A stretch of 64,000 bases of DNA from Candidatus Obscuribacteraceae bacterium (GTDB lineage Bacteria > Cyanobacteriota > Vampirovibrionia > Obscuribacterales > Obscuribacteraceae): NCBI GenBank assembly GCA_044226015.1, contig JBGAHS010000004.1, positions 768,001 through 832,000 on the forward strand, read 5' to 3'. The notes beneath the pieces were generated by a model. It was not told where the DNA came from, did no database searches, and saw only the letters and a list, made by a program, of their open reading frames with translations. The position numbers were made by a program, and so were the translations under genes. Every line of letters begins with the position of its first letter. Within the stretch, counting starts at the first letter, position 1. Positions 9,284 to 20,301 of this stretch are shown here, piece by piece.

Positions 9284-10471
9284 CTAGTTGCGGCTCGACG
9301 CCCGCAGCCCGTCTTGAATGGATGCGCCGAGGTCTTCAATTGATTGTAGCCTTTTGTTGGGATCTTTCCGCATAGCTTGCTGAACTATATTCACCATCCA
9401 TGGTGGTATGTTCAAGTCTGGAGGTATTGGTGCGGGCTCTGCATTCAAGTGCATAGAGAGTGTTTCGATAACATTCTTGCCCAGGAACGGAGGCTCTCCC
9501 GTCAGGCATTCATAGATGATGCAAGCGCAAGAGTAAACATCAGTGCGGCGGTCAACAGCTTGTCCCTGGCATTGTTCGGGAGACATGTACATCGGGCTTC
9601 CAAACACTTCCCCTGTTGAAGTAAGCCTTGCGATGTTGTCGGGGTCATTTACCTTCACCAGTCCAAAGTCCACCACTTTAGCGACAACGTTGCCCTTGTC
9701 GGGCACAAGCATAATATTTGCTGGTTTTAGATCTCGATGGATAATTCCCTTAGAGTGAGCATGACTCAAGCCTTTGCAAATCTGGACGAAAAAGTTGGCA
9801 GTGTCACGCCATGAAAGACGTCCGACGCGCTTTAATAGCTGCTCAAGGCTCTCTCCTTCGAGGAATTCCATCACGATGAATGGAACTCCATTTGCAGAGA
9901 CCATGAAATCTTCAACTGCCACCAGATTCTCGTGAGAGAGTGTGCTCAGCGCTTTAGCCTCACGCTGAAATCTCTGTACCGCAGTATCATCGTTGGCAAG
10001 GTGCGAGTGCAAGAGTTTTATAGCAACTTCTTTTCGACTTGAAATATGTTTGGCAAGAAAAACGTTGCTCAAACCGCCGCTGCCAAGGGGGCTGACTATT
10101 TCGTAGTATTCTGAAAACTTGCTTCCAGGTGCCAGATAATCAGTGATTCTTGAAAGTTCAAGACCATCTTCCGGGCACTTTCCTGAGTAATCATCAGGAA
10201 ATTCTCGCGCACATACCAGGCAAATCTTTTTGTATTTTCTGGGACCAGAGGACTGTGTTTTTGAGGGCGGACGTACATAGGACACTGTGTCTTTCGCACC
10301 CGGTTTGCTTACTTCACCAGTGGGCTTCGCGATTGCATGCACCGAACTCTGATTTTGATCAGTGACTATATTCGTAGCTTCTTCTTTTTTCTTCTTAAGC
10401 GAGATCACCAAAACTATTGCAATTACTACAACTCCAAGCAATCCGGCGATAATCGCTATTGGTAAACTCAA
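9284..10471 (-). CDS. Membrane-anchored Ser/Thr protein kinase
   Basis: N-terminal TM; CxxC...CPEDG knuckle; LGSGG, VAIK, HRDLKPAN, DFG, YMSPE. Confidence 0.95.
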   Translation of the reverse strand: MSLPIAIIAGLLGVVVIAIVLVISLKKKKEEATNIVTDQNQSSVHAIAKPTGEVSKPGAKDTVSYVRPPSKTQSSGPRKYKKICLVCAREFPDDYSGKCPEDGLELSRITDYLAPGSKFSEYYEIVSPLGSGGLSNVFLAKHISSRKEVAIKLLHSHLANDDTAVQRFQREAKALSTLSHENLVAVEDFMVSANGVPFIVMEFLEGESLEQLLKRVGRLSWRDTANFFVQICKGLSHAHSKGIIHRDLKPANIMLVPDKGNVVAKVVDFGLVKVNDPDNIARLTSTGEVFGSPMYMSPEQCQGQAVDRRTDVYSCACIIYECLTGEPPFLGKNVIETLSMHLNAEPAPIPPDLNIPPWMVNIVQQAMRKDPNKRLQSIEDLGASIQDGLRASSRN

Positions 10472-10518
10472 AATCTTTTCCCTGACACCCCAATCAAATA
10501 TACTACATTAATGAGTGA

Positions 10519-12966
10519 CTAGCTTCGCTTTCTGGCAACTATCTCAAAAACTTGCCCGTGCCGAAATCCAGTTGGAACAATCGGGATCGGACCTTCAACT
10601 TCATTGAACCATTCAAGTTCAAAATCAATAAAAAGCTCTTTTACTTCTGCTTGAGATAAAAATGTCATTCTCTTATTAACTGACCAATCGTCGTTTTTGC
10701 CGAAGAAGTGTCCACTAAACCTTCCGCCTGGCTTGATTGCCCTGCACACATTTTGCCAGAGCCTGCCGAAGTCTTCTGGTGCGCAAAAGGGCAGCGAAAC
10801 ACCAGCGTTTACTAAGCTCACCTCTGGTAACTCGGCGTCCTGCATTTTTCCGAGCCATGTGTCTAGCTGTGCTCGCTCCCAGCTTCCCGTGGCTTCTAAG
10901 AGGCAATTGAGCGCATCCTGGCTTTGATCAACAGCCAGCACCTTCCAGCCCTGCCGGAGCATCTCTTTTGCGTCTCTACCAGAGCCACAACCAAGGTCAA
11001 CTGCATTCTGTGCTTTGTCGAACTTGCTCAATGCGACGATAATCGTGTTATGAGCTTCCTCTCTGGCGACTGCTTTGCTGTATTCGGCCCAAGAGTTCTT
11101 GTATTCAGCAGGTATGCATGCTGTAAAAATCTTCTCGTCATGCAGTTCCTGAAAGCGTTGTATGTAAATTGCAATTGCCTGCACAGAGTTGCGTTGCTCG
11201 TCACTCATTGCTTCTGCAATCAATTGAGAATAAGACCTGCTGCAGCTTCTAGCTCGGTCTATGAGCCATAGCGACAGATGATCTAGTTTCAAAACCCTGG
11301 AAGACCAACTTCTCGGCAGGAAGGCAAAGACTTGTGGAGCTGCTGTAGGAGCAGTGTTGAACTCCGTTCCCGCTTTGATGGCATCGCATATGGTATCAAT
11401 CGAATAGGTGAAACTCTTGATCATCAATTCGGGGTTTACTATTGGCTTAAATGACTTAATTTGTTCTGTTTTTCCGAGATAGATGTCACCAGAAAAGTCG
11501 GTATGTTGATGAATTCTGCCTGCTTCTTGTTTCATTTGTTCGAATTCTGCAAGTTCAAAAATGTAAGGGAAGCTGGCTTGATATTGCTTGCCATGACGGC
11601 GCAGAAATTCGGGAAATCTATCGCCCATTTTCGAATTGTCATTGTAGCGATTTTGAAAAGTGTGAAAAAACTGCAAAAGAATCTCGGACCAGTCGTCCTT
11701 AAGTAAGGCGAAGCACGCAGGGTAGAATCTGCGCATTAATGAATCTCTATTACTATCTCTCAGCCAGGAATAGATGCTGATTGCACGCAGGTCGTATCCA
11801 TCAGTTTCATCTAGCAGCCTGGACGAACGAGGTGCAAATTCAGGTTTGTCCGCTTGTATAGGATCGGTTCCTATAAGTTCGTTCCAGAGAGTAAACCACT
11901 TTCTCTCGTAATTTCTGAGCGTATGCCTCTTAATGTTTGCATCTGTCCCAGGGGGCTCTTGAGAGCTGCTTTTATCTGCCTTTGTTATATTCAAGACTTC
12001 AGGCGCTGCAGCCAGGCTGGCTAGTTCTGCTACTGCAGGTGGTGGCGCTACATCGAACTGTACCTGCGTTGATATTTCGATAGGGCGCTCACGCTCAGGT
12101 TGAATCTGATTGGCTTCAGAATTAGAGTGCTTCTGCCAGATGGACCTGATCTTCTCTAATTCAAACAACAAGTCGGCAAACGAGGGAAAATACTGGTCTC
12201 GTTCAACCATTATGGCTTTAGGTTCAATCATTTTTGAAAGGGCGTGCTCAAGTAAATCGAAAACCGTGTCTGGCACAGGCGAGCCATGTGTATCAATTAT
12301 GCGATTGCCAAATCTTCCAGGACCTGCCAGGTGAATCTGTACAGTTCTTTCAAGCGGTATTCTGTCCAGAAATTCTCTGGCATCAAAACCATGATTTATT
12401 GAATTGACGAAGAGATTGTTGAGATCTAAAAGCAAGCCGCAATCAGCTTCCTCCAGTACTCTGCTAATGAATTCGGCTTCGTCAAAATCGCCAATTGGCA
12501 TCTTTGAGTAGTAAGGAATGTTTTCCAGAATCAGCGGAAATTCAACTGTTTCTTGCGCTTGCTTGACCCGTGCGGCGACATGTTTAACAGCTTCATCAGT
12601 CCATGGTAAAGGGAAGAGATCATTTCCCATCATACCGTCCACGCCGGAAAAACAGAGGTGATCGCTCCACCATTTGAGCTTGAAGTTCTTTGCAAAAAAT
12701 CGGGTCGTCTTCAGCAGTTCTTTGTCGAGTGGGTCAACGCTGCCTATGGAAAGCGAGACGCTGTGCGAAACCAGTGGGAAGTACTCGGCGAAGCTCGCCA
12801 ACCAATTGATGGTGGCATTGTTGGCACGATAATTCTCTGGGGTGAATTCCAGAAAATCGATTGCACTTCTATGTGCGAACGTTTCCTCGCATAGTTCGCC
12901 TCTTAAACCAAGTCCGACTCCAAGTACCGGCATTGCGGACTTCAGTCGCAAGAACTCGCTAACCAT
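10519..12966 (-). CDS. Fusion of DUF692 (MNIO) oxidase, DUF2063-like partner domain and class I SAM methyltransferase
   Basis: MNIO motifs GLGLR, HSVSLSIGS, SDHL, LENI, LDLNN, QIHLAG, DTHG, ERD; middle region YPAC...GDRFPEFL...ELAEFE; C-terminal VDLGCGSGRD and VLAVD. Confidence 0.88.
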   Translation of the reverse strand: MVSEFLRLKSAMPVLGVGLGLRGELCEETFAHRSAIDFLEFTPENYRANNATINWLASFAEYFPLVSHSVSLSIGSVDPLDKELLKTTRFFAKNFKLKWWSDHLCFSGVDGMMGNDLFPLPWTDEAVKHVAARVKQAQETVEFPLILENIPYYSKMPIGDFDEAEFISRVLEEADCGLLLDLNNLFVNSINHGFDAREFLDRIPLERTVQIHLAGPGRFGNRIIDTHGSPVPDTVFDLLEHALSKMIEPKAIMVERDQYFPSFADLLFELEKIRSIWQKHSNSEANQIQPERERPIEISTQVQFDVAPPPAVAELASLAAAPEVLNITKADKSSSQEPPGTDANIKRHTLRNYERKWFTLWNELIGTDPIQADKPEFAPRSSRLLDETDGYDLRAISIYSWLRDSNRDSLMRRFYPACFALLKDDWSEILLQFFHTFQNRYNDNSKMGDRFPEFLRRHGKQYQASFPYIFELAEFEQMKQEAGRIHQHTDFSGDIYLGKTEQIKSFKPIVNPELMIKSFTYSIDTICDAIKAGTEFNTAPTAAPQVFAFLPRSWSSRVLKLDHLSLWLIDRARSCSRSYSQLIAEAMSDEQRNSVQAIAIYIQRFQELHDEKIFTACIPAEYKNSWAEYSKAVAREEAHNTIIVALSKFDKAQNAVDLGCGSGRDAKEMLRQGWKVLAVDQSQDALNCLLEATGSWERAQLDTWLGKMQDAELPEVSLVNAGVSLPFCAPEDFGRLWQNVCRAIKPGGRFSGHFFGKNDDWSVNKRMTFLSQAEVKELFIDFELEWFNEVEGPIPIVPTGFRHGQVFEIVARKRS

Positions 12967-13027
12967 TTGTCTTCTCGTCTCGTGCAGCTGAAGAGGCTAT
13001 GCCCTGAAACTCGTGGCTGGAAACGCC

Positions 13028-13456
13028 CTAAATGTCGTTGTAACGATGGCTGAGCCCAGCACGAAGCGGTTTGTTTTCGTCAGTTCTTTCATTGCGGCGC
13101 GGTGGGCGCTCGTCGCTGCCTGTTCCTATTCTAAGTGGCGGTAACTTATCGTCAGTTTTAGGAGGTTCCGGTTGTGTCGCTGACTTAGCTTCAGTCCCTT
13201 GAGCAGGTTTAGCCTCTGGCTTTGCTGGAAAAGCTGGTATTGACCATGAAAATTGTGGAAGAACGTCAGTCTTGCTCTCTTGCTTGTTTTCAGAAGGCTT
13301 TGGACGGTTCGAACGATCTTTGAACAAATCTCGGAGATGTCCAGAGCCGGTTTCACTTGAGGACTCAGTTCTAGCGGGCTTGCCCCATGCTTCTGCGGCC
13401 AGTCCTGTGGGCGCTTCGCTGGTCTTATTTCCGCCAAAATTGAAATTTGAGTCCAT
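13028..13456 (-). CDS. Disordered hypothetical protein directly upstream of the MNIO fusion
   Basis: 142 aa, Pro/Ser/Glu/Lys-rich, no Cys; GGAGG RBS before the ATG; 61 bp from the next gene on the same strand. Confidence 0.75.
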   Translation of the reverse strand: MDSNFNFGGNKTSEAPTGLAAEAWGKPARTESSSETGSGHLRDLFKDRSNRPKPSENKQESKTDVLPQFSWSIPAFPAKPEAKPAQGTEAKSATQPEPPKTDDKLPPLRIGTGSDERPPRRNERTDENKPLRAGLSHRYNDI

Positions 13457-13591
13457 ACTAAACCTCCGAGGGGTTATATTTTACCCTACGCAGCCCATTG
13501 GTGACCCTTAATTGGAAATATCCGGATATCCAAGGTTTTGGACAGAATGACAAAATTTGCTAGCATAAACAAAGTTATATCTTGAGACCCC

Positions 13592-14629
13592 ATGGAAGTT
13601 ATTCGACGCTTTTATTCGCCACTGTTAGCTTTTTCGGTTTTTTTGCTGGGTATCGCACCAGTTTCGTCCACATTCGCGCTCGACCATAGTGATGCAAGGA
13701 AAATGGCTAATACCTCTGCTGCCAGTTCGTCGAAAGAGAATAGAGGCGCAGAGAGCGTTGCTACAGAGCCGGAAAAGTCCGTTGACTTAAGCACTGTGAC
13801 AAAGTGGATAAAAGACCATCACTACAAACAAGCTGAGTCTGCCCTTACCGCAATGATTAAGGCGAAGCCTGCTGATGCGGTCGTGCATCAAACCTATGGG
13901 CTACTTTTGCGCGAAACAGGGCAAATCGACAAAGCTTTAAGTGAGTATGCCAGAGCTGCTGAACTGGATGCGTCGAGCTCTGTTCCTTTAATAGCGCTCT
14001 CGGAACTGTCGCTCAAACAACTAGATCTTGATGGCAGCTTGAGTTATGCAGAGCAAGCCGTTGCCTGTGAGCCCGCCTCTAAAGCAGCGAGAACAGCTTT
14101 AATTGAGGCGTTGCTTCAGAGTGAACAAATCTCAGAGGCAGAACGTCAGCTCAAGTACATTCAAGAAAAGGATTTGCGAACTCCGTACATGGAGATGCTT
14201 CAATATAGATTGATGCAGAAGAAGGGTGATTACCTATCTGCTAGAAAGCATATGCAAGCGGCACTCGAGTCGCCGGGTAATGAAGTTCCTGTGTCGTTGC
14301 GTCTTGAGCAATCTGACTTGCTTCAAACTCTGGGCGAATATGCTGCTGCAAAACGTGAGCTGGAGAAAATTCTTGCTGGTGATCCTGATCTACTTGAGGG
14401 GCGGCTAAAGTTGGCTCGCCTTATGGAAACACAGTTTCATGATTACGCAGCAGCAATGCAAAATTACAATGAGGCACTCAAGTTAGATCCACTGTCGGCA
14501 GCTGCCATGGCTGGAATCGAACGCTGTCAGACAAAACGGCAAAATCTGGCTCTGCAACTGAAAATTTGCTTTCGTGATTTCTGGGCTTGGTTAGATGCCC
14601 AATCACGCTCAAATAGCGATAAAAAGTAG
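13592..14629 (+). CDS. Secreted TPR protein
   Basis: Signal peptide; multiple TPR-like helical repeats. Confidence 0.85.
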   Translation: MEVIRRFYSPLLAFSVFLLGIAPVSSTFALDHSDARKMANTSAASSSKENRGAESVATEPEKSVDLSTVTKWIKDHHYKQAESALTAMIKAKPADAVVHQTYGLLLRETGQIDKALSEYARAAELDASSSVPLIALSELSLKQLDLDGSLSYAEQAVACEPASKAARTALIEALLQSEQISEAERQLKYIQEKDLRTPYMEMLQYRLMQKKGDYLSARKHMQAALESPGNEVPVSLRLEQSDLLQTLGEYAAAKRELEKILAGDPDLLEGRLKLARLMETQFHDYAAAMQNYNEALKLDPLSAAAMAGIERCQTKRQNLALQLKICFRDFWAWLDAQSRSNSDKK

Positions 14630-14635
14630 TTTGCT

Positions 14636-14917
14636 CTATTGTAGTCGCGAGCGACGTGTTGCCTTTTGTTCTGGGCAGAATGGCAGCGTTCCGTCTTGGG
14701 GAATTAGCATTACACATCTGCATGCTTCTTCTGGAATGAGTGCAATGCATTTTGCATCAAGCTCTGGCGCAAGCTTACTCAAATCTGGCATAACTCTGGG
14801 GTTTCTGCTGTTCTCCATAAGCAAATCAAGCGCTTGTTGAATCAATGCGTTTTCTAGATCACCAACGCCCACTCTTTCTGAATGCTCTCTTTCTGAGACT
14901 CTAGATTCTTGCTGCAT
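14636..14917 (-). CDS. Small hypothetical protein with Cys-containing C-terminus
   Basis: 93 aa from the ATG at 14917 (MQQESRV...); C-terminus KCIALIPEEACRC...FCP. Confidence 0.6.
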   Translation of the reverse strand: MQQESRVSEREHSERVGVGDLENALIQQALDLLMENSRNPRVMPDLSKLAPELDAKCIALIPEEACRCVMLIPQDGTLPFCPEQKATRRSRLQ

Positions 14918-15067
14918 TTTTCTGAACCCCTTTCCCTGCAAATGGATTTTGCTGGAAATTAACCCGTGTTCATATCTACACGCGAAGCGAAATTTGTAGA
15001 CAGTAAAACGCTTGTCCCGCAAGGATTTAAGCTGGGCCGCTAATTAATTGAATGATTCCCTGAACGC

Positions 15068-15106
15068 AAAAATGGAGGGCTAAACTTTCAGCACCTCCAT
15101 TCTTTT
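15068..15106 (-). terminator. Rho-independent terminator downstream of purA
   Basis: AATGGAGG...CCTCCATT stem with A/T runs on both sides. Confidence 0.6.
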
Positions 15107-15140
15107 GTATTGGATCTGTTGTTTGTGATTCAGCCCGAGC

Positions 15141-16493
<1,353 letters not shown>

Positions 16494-16679
16494 TTATCGC
16501 CTCAAGAAGTTAAAACAGCACAAGTTAAGTCAGCACCGAGCGGGAACTGCGTTCCATCGGACTTAGAGCCTCTGAGCCCAGTATTGACCGACATAGTCTA
16601 ACGCCTTGTTCTCAACAGTGTCAAACCATTTGCAATTACATAATGTTCAGAACTTTCAACATGCAGGCTAGCCAATGAA

Positions 16680-17783
16680 ATGCCTGTGTTGTTGCGTGAT
16701 ACGCAATGTGAAAAAGCAGTCCCTGATAGTCAAAAATGTTATCCTAAAAGAGGAGGATTGCGTGTGACTGAGACTCAGACCGCGTCGCATATATTTGACA
16801 GCGCTTTGCAAGAGCGTCAGCCTGTCGTATCCAGGTTGCTAACAGCCGCATTAGAGCGCAGAGCGCTAGGTAATGCTTACCTGCTAACTGGTAGAGCTCT
16901 TTCTGACAAGTGGGCTCTGACGCGGCAATTGGCTGCGTTTCTTAATTGTCTTTCTCGCAACGATTCGGAACATTTTTCTTGTCTCAGTAAAGGCGTAGCT
17001 ATACTTTGCCAAAACTGTCAGTGGATTTCTCAAGGCGAACATCCGCAAGCGTGGATGGTGCTTGAGGGGCAAGGCGCAAGCGGAATGATACCCGTTGATA
17101 AGGCTCGCCAGCTTGTTGAGGAAATGAATAAAACCTCCAGATATATGCGAGTCGTGGTGGTTCCGAATGCTGATCAGCAAGTCTTACATGCCGCGCCCGC
17201 AAACGCTTTATTGAAAAATATCGAAGAACCTCAAGCAAATGCGCTCTGGGTGCTTTTTGCAGCGTCCGAAAAGCAAGTTCTGCCGACAATAGTGAGTCGG
17301 TCTCAAGTTCTGCCAATGGTTGGGCAGTTCAAGCCTGGTCTGTGGATCGATGAAGAAGCCATTCTCAAGCAGACCAATGAAAACAGTTTGCCCGAGCGGG
17401 CCATGGCTATCAAGTCTGAATTTATTCATGCCGGACGCAAGCGATTGCAGGGCTCATCGGGCTTGCATGGTTCCTTGATTAAAGCTGTCACGGAAAGCCA
17501 GGAGACAAGCAGTCGTTTCCTAGAACTTTGTGATGACGATTCGATAGAAGCTGAATTGCTTCTAGATATATTTCTTGCTGCCGAAATGGAAGTTCTAAAT
17601 GCTGAGTCTGGTGGAAACCCGCAGCTGAGCTTGTATTTGAGCAAATTAGCAGAGCTGACCGAAAGTGCAAAAAACGAACTGTCACACTACGTCAAGAAGA
17701 ACAATGTGCTAGAAACATTTGCATATTCTCTGACAGAATTGAGATTGAAATATCTAGGAGACTTTCATCTTGCAAAGAACTGA
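16680..17783 (+). CDS. holB: DNA polymerase III delta-prime subunit-like protein
   Basis: AYLLTG, Cys cluster C..C, HP, ANALLKNIEEP, LPTIVSR. The start is probably the downstream GTG (VTETQT). Confidence 0.8.
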   Translation: MPVLLRDTQCEKAVPDSQKCYPKRGGLRVTETQTASHIFDSALQERQPVVSRLLTAALERRALGNAYLLTGRALSDKWALTRQLAAFLNCLSRNDSEHFSCLSKGVAILCQNCQWISQGEHPQAWMVLEGQGASGMIPVDKARQLVEEMNKTSRYMRVVVVPNADQQVLHAAPANALLKNIEEPQANALWVLFAASEKQVLPTIVSRSQVLPMVGQFKPGLWIDEEAILKQTNENSLPERAMAIKSEFIHAGRKRLQGSSGLHGSLIKAVTESQETSSRFLELCDDDSIEAELLLDIFLAAEMEVLNAESGGNPQLSLYLSKLAELTESAKNELSHYVKKNNVLETFAYSLTELRLKYLGDFHLAKN

Positions 17784-18798
17784 ACGCGGACAATCTTTAA
17801 TCTCGGGAATTCTGTCGATTCAAAGTTTGCTGGCTATTTTTGCCATGATCTTATTTGGAATGAGCATTTCACATCCTGATAAAGCGACGATAATTGCTTC
17901 AAGTGCTCCGGTGAAACCAGGCATTGACATAAATAGCTATGAGGTCATCAAAGAAGCGCGCAAAATGAAGGCATACCAACTCATGGAAAAGCACAACTTA
18001 ACAGGTGCTGTTACCGAGTTGAACAAAATGATGGAATCCAGTCCCAATGATGTTCCAAGCATTTATTGTTCTGCTGTGGTTTTACTAAAAACTGGCAGCA
18101 AAGACCGCGGCTTTACTCAGATGAAGCGTGCACTAGCAATGGCACCGCAAAACAAAGAGCTGCGCTTGGAGTATGCCCGTTTCCTGGTTGAGCAAGCAAT
18201 GACAGATGATGCTGTTATGCAGTATCACATGGTGATTAACCAGGCACCGAAAATGGGTGATGCTCGAATGGAGCTTGCGCAATTATTCCTGAGTTTAGAG
18301 AAAAATGATGACGCTGTGCATGAGTTGGAAGAGCTTGTGAAAGTTTATCCGAACAATGCATTAGCGCATAAAGTGCTCGGCGTAGCCCTCGCCAGAGCGG
18401 GTAAGCCACAAGAGGGGTTAGACGAGTACATTGCGGGCATCAATGCTGAAAGTATCGGTGGGCAGCCTGAAGCCGTTAAGTTCATTGTTTCATCCTGGGG
18501 AAATATCGATAAGGCTAAGTACAGTCTTGAACAAGAAGCTAACCGAAACCCAGATGATGCATTGCCAAAGCTGAGGCTTGCTGAAATCGCACTCTACAAT
18601 GGCGATCTCGCAACGGCAAAGACGTATTTGATCGATGCGCGCAAATTGCAGCCGAACAATCCGGAAGTGCACCGAAGCCTGGGCGTTACCTTCAAGCGTC
18701 TCGGAGACAACAGGCAGGCTTTGACTGCGTTTATGCAATCAATTGCGCTTGAGCAAGAACAAAACAAGAAATTGAAGTCCAAAGTTTTGATGAACTAG
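17770..18798 (+). CDS. Membrane-anchored TPR protein
   Basis: N-terminal TM followed by TPR repeats; overlaps the holB stop. Confidence 0.85.
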   Translation: MQRTERGQSLISGILSIQSLLAIFAMILFGMSISHPDKATIIASSAPVKPGIDINSYEVIKEARKMKAYQLMEKHNLTGAVTELNKMMESSPNDVPSIYCSAVVLLKTGSKDRGFTQMKRALAMAPQNKELRLEYARFLVEQAMTDDAVMQYHMVINQAPKMGDARMELAQLFLSLEKNDDAVHELEELVKVYPNNALAHKVLGVALARAGKPQEGLDEYIAGINAESIGGQPEAVKFIVSSWGNIDKAKYSLEQEANRNPDDALPKLRLAEIALYNGDLATAKTYLIDARKLQPNNPEVHRSLGVTFKRLGDNRQALTAFMQSIALEQEQNKKLKSKVLMN

Positions 18799-19014
18799 TT
18801 TTCGATTTCCAGTGAGTCGTTTCTGTGAGAATTGCGCTGTTTTGCGCTTTTGAGCCAATCTGCAGATGAAACTAAAGCTAGTTAGTGCACCGCATTTGGT
18901 GCAAACCACTAATTGCATTAGCTGTTGTTGGGGCGAACTTGGGCCGCCGTCGAATCGGACCTTAGCGCGGTGCTTCCATCCGCGCTGTCATGATAATTCC
19001 GTGTGTGTCAACTC

Positions 19015-19980
19015 TTAAGGAGTTCCTTCGGTCTTCTTATTCTTTTCGCTTTGCAAAATCTGCTCCCATGCAGCCTTTTCTTCGGGGCTCAATGCAGCGC
19101 TGGGCAAGCTGATTCTCAGCTTCACGAGATGGTCGCCGCGAACTGATTGTTTCAATTTAGGCAGACCACGCTCTCTCAGGCGCAACAATCTGCCGGGTTG
19201 GCTAAGCGGTGGCACGTTGATGGTGACGGAGCCATCGAGCGTGTTTACTGTAGCTTCGCCCCCAAGAACTGCCAGAGCAGCGCTTATCTGCAACTCGCTG
19301 ATTATGTTATCGCCTTCGATTGTCAGATAGGGATGCGGCTTCACGCGCACCTTTAGAAAGAGGTCTCCAGGTGCTGTACCCATGCCAGCCGTGGGCGCCT
19401 CGCCAGGCACTCGAACCTTGCTACCAGGACGTACCCCAGCGGGAATTTTGACCTGCAGGGTTTTCATTGCTTGACCTGGTCTAGTGATTTGAATATTTCT
19501 TGCTGTACCGCGAGCTAACTCTTCGATGGTAAGCTCAATGTCTGCTTCGTGGTCGGCATTTCGAGCCTGTCTTGCTTGCTGCTGTGCAGCTGCTCCGGGG
19601 TGCCCGGCACCTTGTCCGAAGGTCTGTCCGAACAAGACATCAAAGAAATCGGAAAATGGCGAGGATGCACCTCCAGGTGCGCCTTTTCCAAAACTACTGA
19701 AGTCGAAACTAAAGCCCCCAAAGCCAGGCGGCGGTGTGAAGTCAGAGCCAGCTTTCCAGTTGTTGCCCAACATGTCATAACGCTTGCGTTTGTCGGGGTC
19801 TTTCAACACCTCGTAAGCTTCTGTCAGCTCCTTGAACTTTTCTTCGGCTTGCTTGTTTCCAGGATTTGCGTCTGGATGCAATTCACGCGCCAACTTACGA
19901 TAAGCAGTTTTGATCTCCTTATCGGTGGCGGTTCTGGCGACTCCGAGGGTTTGATAATAGTCTTTGTACTTTACGGACAA
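19015..19980 (-). CDS. cbpA: J-domain co-chaperone, CbpA/DnaJ class II (no Zn finger)
   Basis: KDYY, HPD, G/F-rich linker, DnaJ C-terminal domain; GAGGAG RBS before the TTG at 19980. Confidence 0.85.
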   Translation of the reverse strand: MSVKYKDYYQTLGVARTATDKEIKTAYRKLARELHPDANPGNKQAEEKFKELTEAYEVLKDPDKRKRYDMLGNNWKAGSDFTPPPGFGGFSFDFSSFGKGAPGGASSPFSDFFDVLFGQTFGQGAGHPGAAAQQQARQARNADHEADIELTIEELARGTARNIQITRPGQAMKTLQVKIPAGVRPGSKVRVPGEAPTAGMGTAPGDLFLKVRVKPHPYLTIEGDNIISELQISAALAVLGGEATVNTLDGSVTINVPPLSQPGRLLRLRERGLPKLKQSVRGDHLVKLRISLPSAALSPEEKAAWEQILQSEKNKKTEGTP

Positions 19981-20301
19981 ATTGAATGCTCCTCGAGCTA
20001 TTTTTGAGGGGACATTTTTCGCCTGTGTTTCAGGCTGGCTAAACATAATTCTAGTACGATCAATATGGTGCTGCTTGAATTTTTTGCATTCCAAGTGCTC
20101 AATCGATTCTTTTCTACAAGAGTTTAGATTAAGCCTTGGTTTTCTCAAAAGTTTTTAGCTTGGAAACCGAATGAAATACGCCAATCAGGGTAAATAGATC
20201 GCGGGGAGGTTCTTGACATCAATTCATCTTTGGGTCTGAAAAGGTGAGCTGTATATCTCGGAACCTTGGGGCGATTGCAAAAAGGAATTGGAAAATTCTG
20301 C

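Noticed and set aside
18799..19014. Small minus-strand ORF (MQLVVCTKCGA...) and hairpins after cbpA
   Set aside because: No RBS, and it overlaps the opposite TPR gene; the hairpins are compatible with termination.
19981..20148. N-terminal extension of the J-domain protein
   Set aside because: A strong RBS precedes the TTG at 19980; the extension is intergenic DNA.
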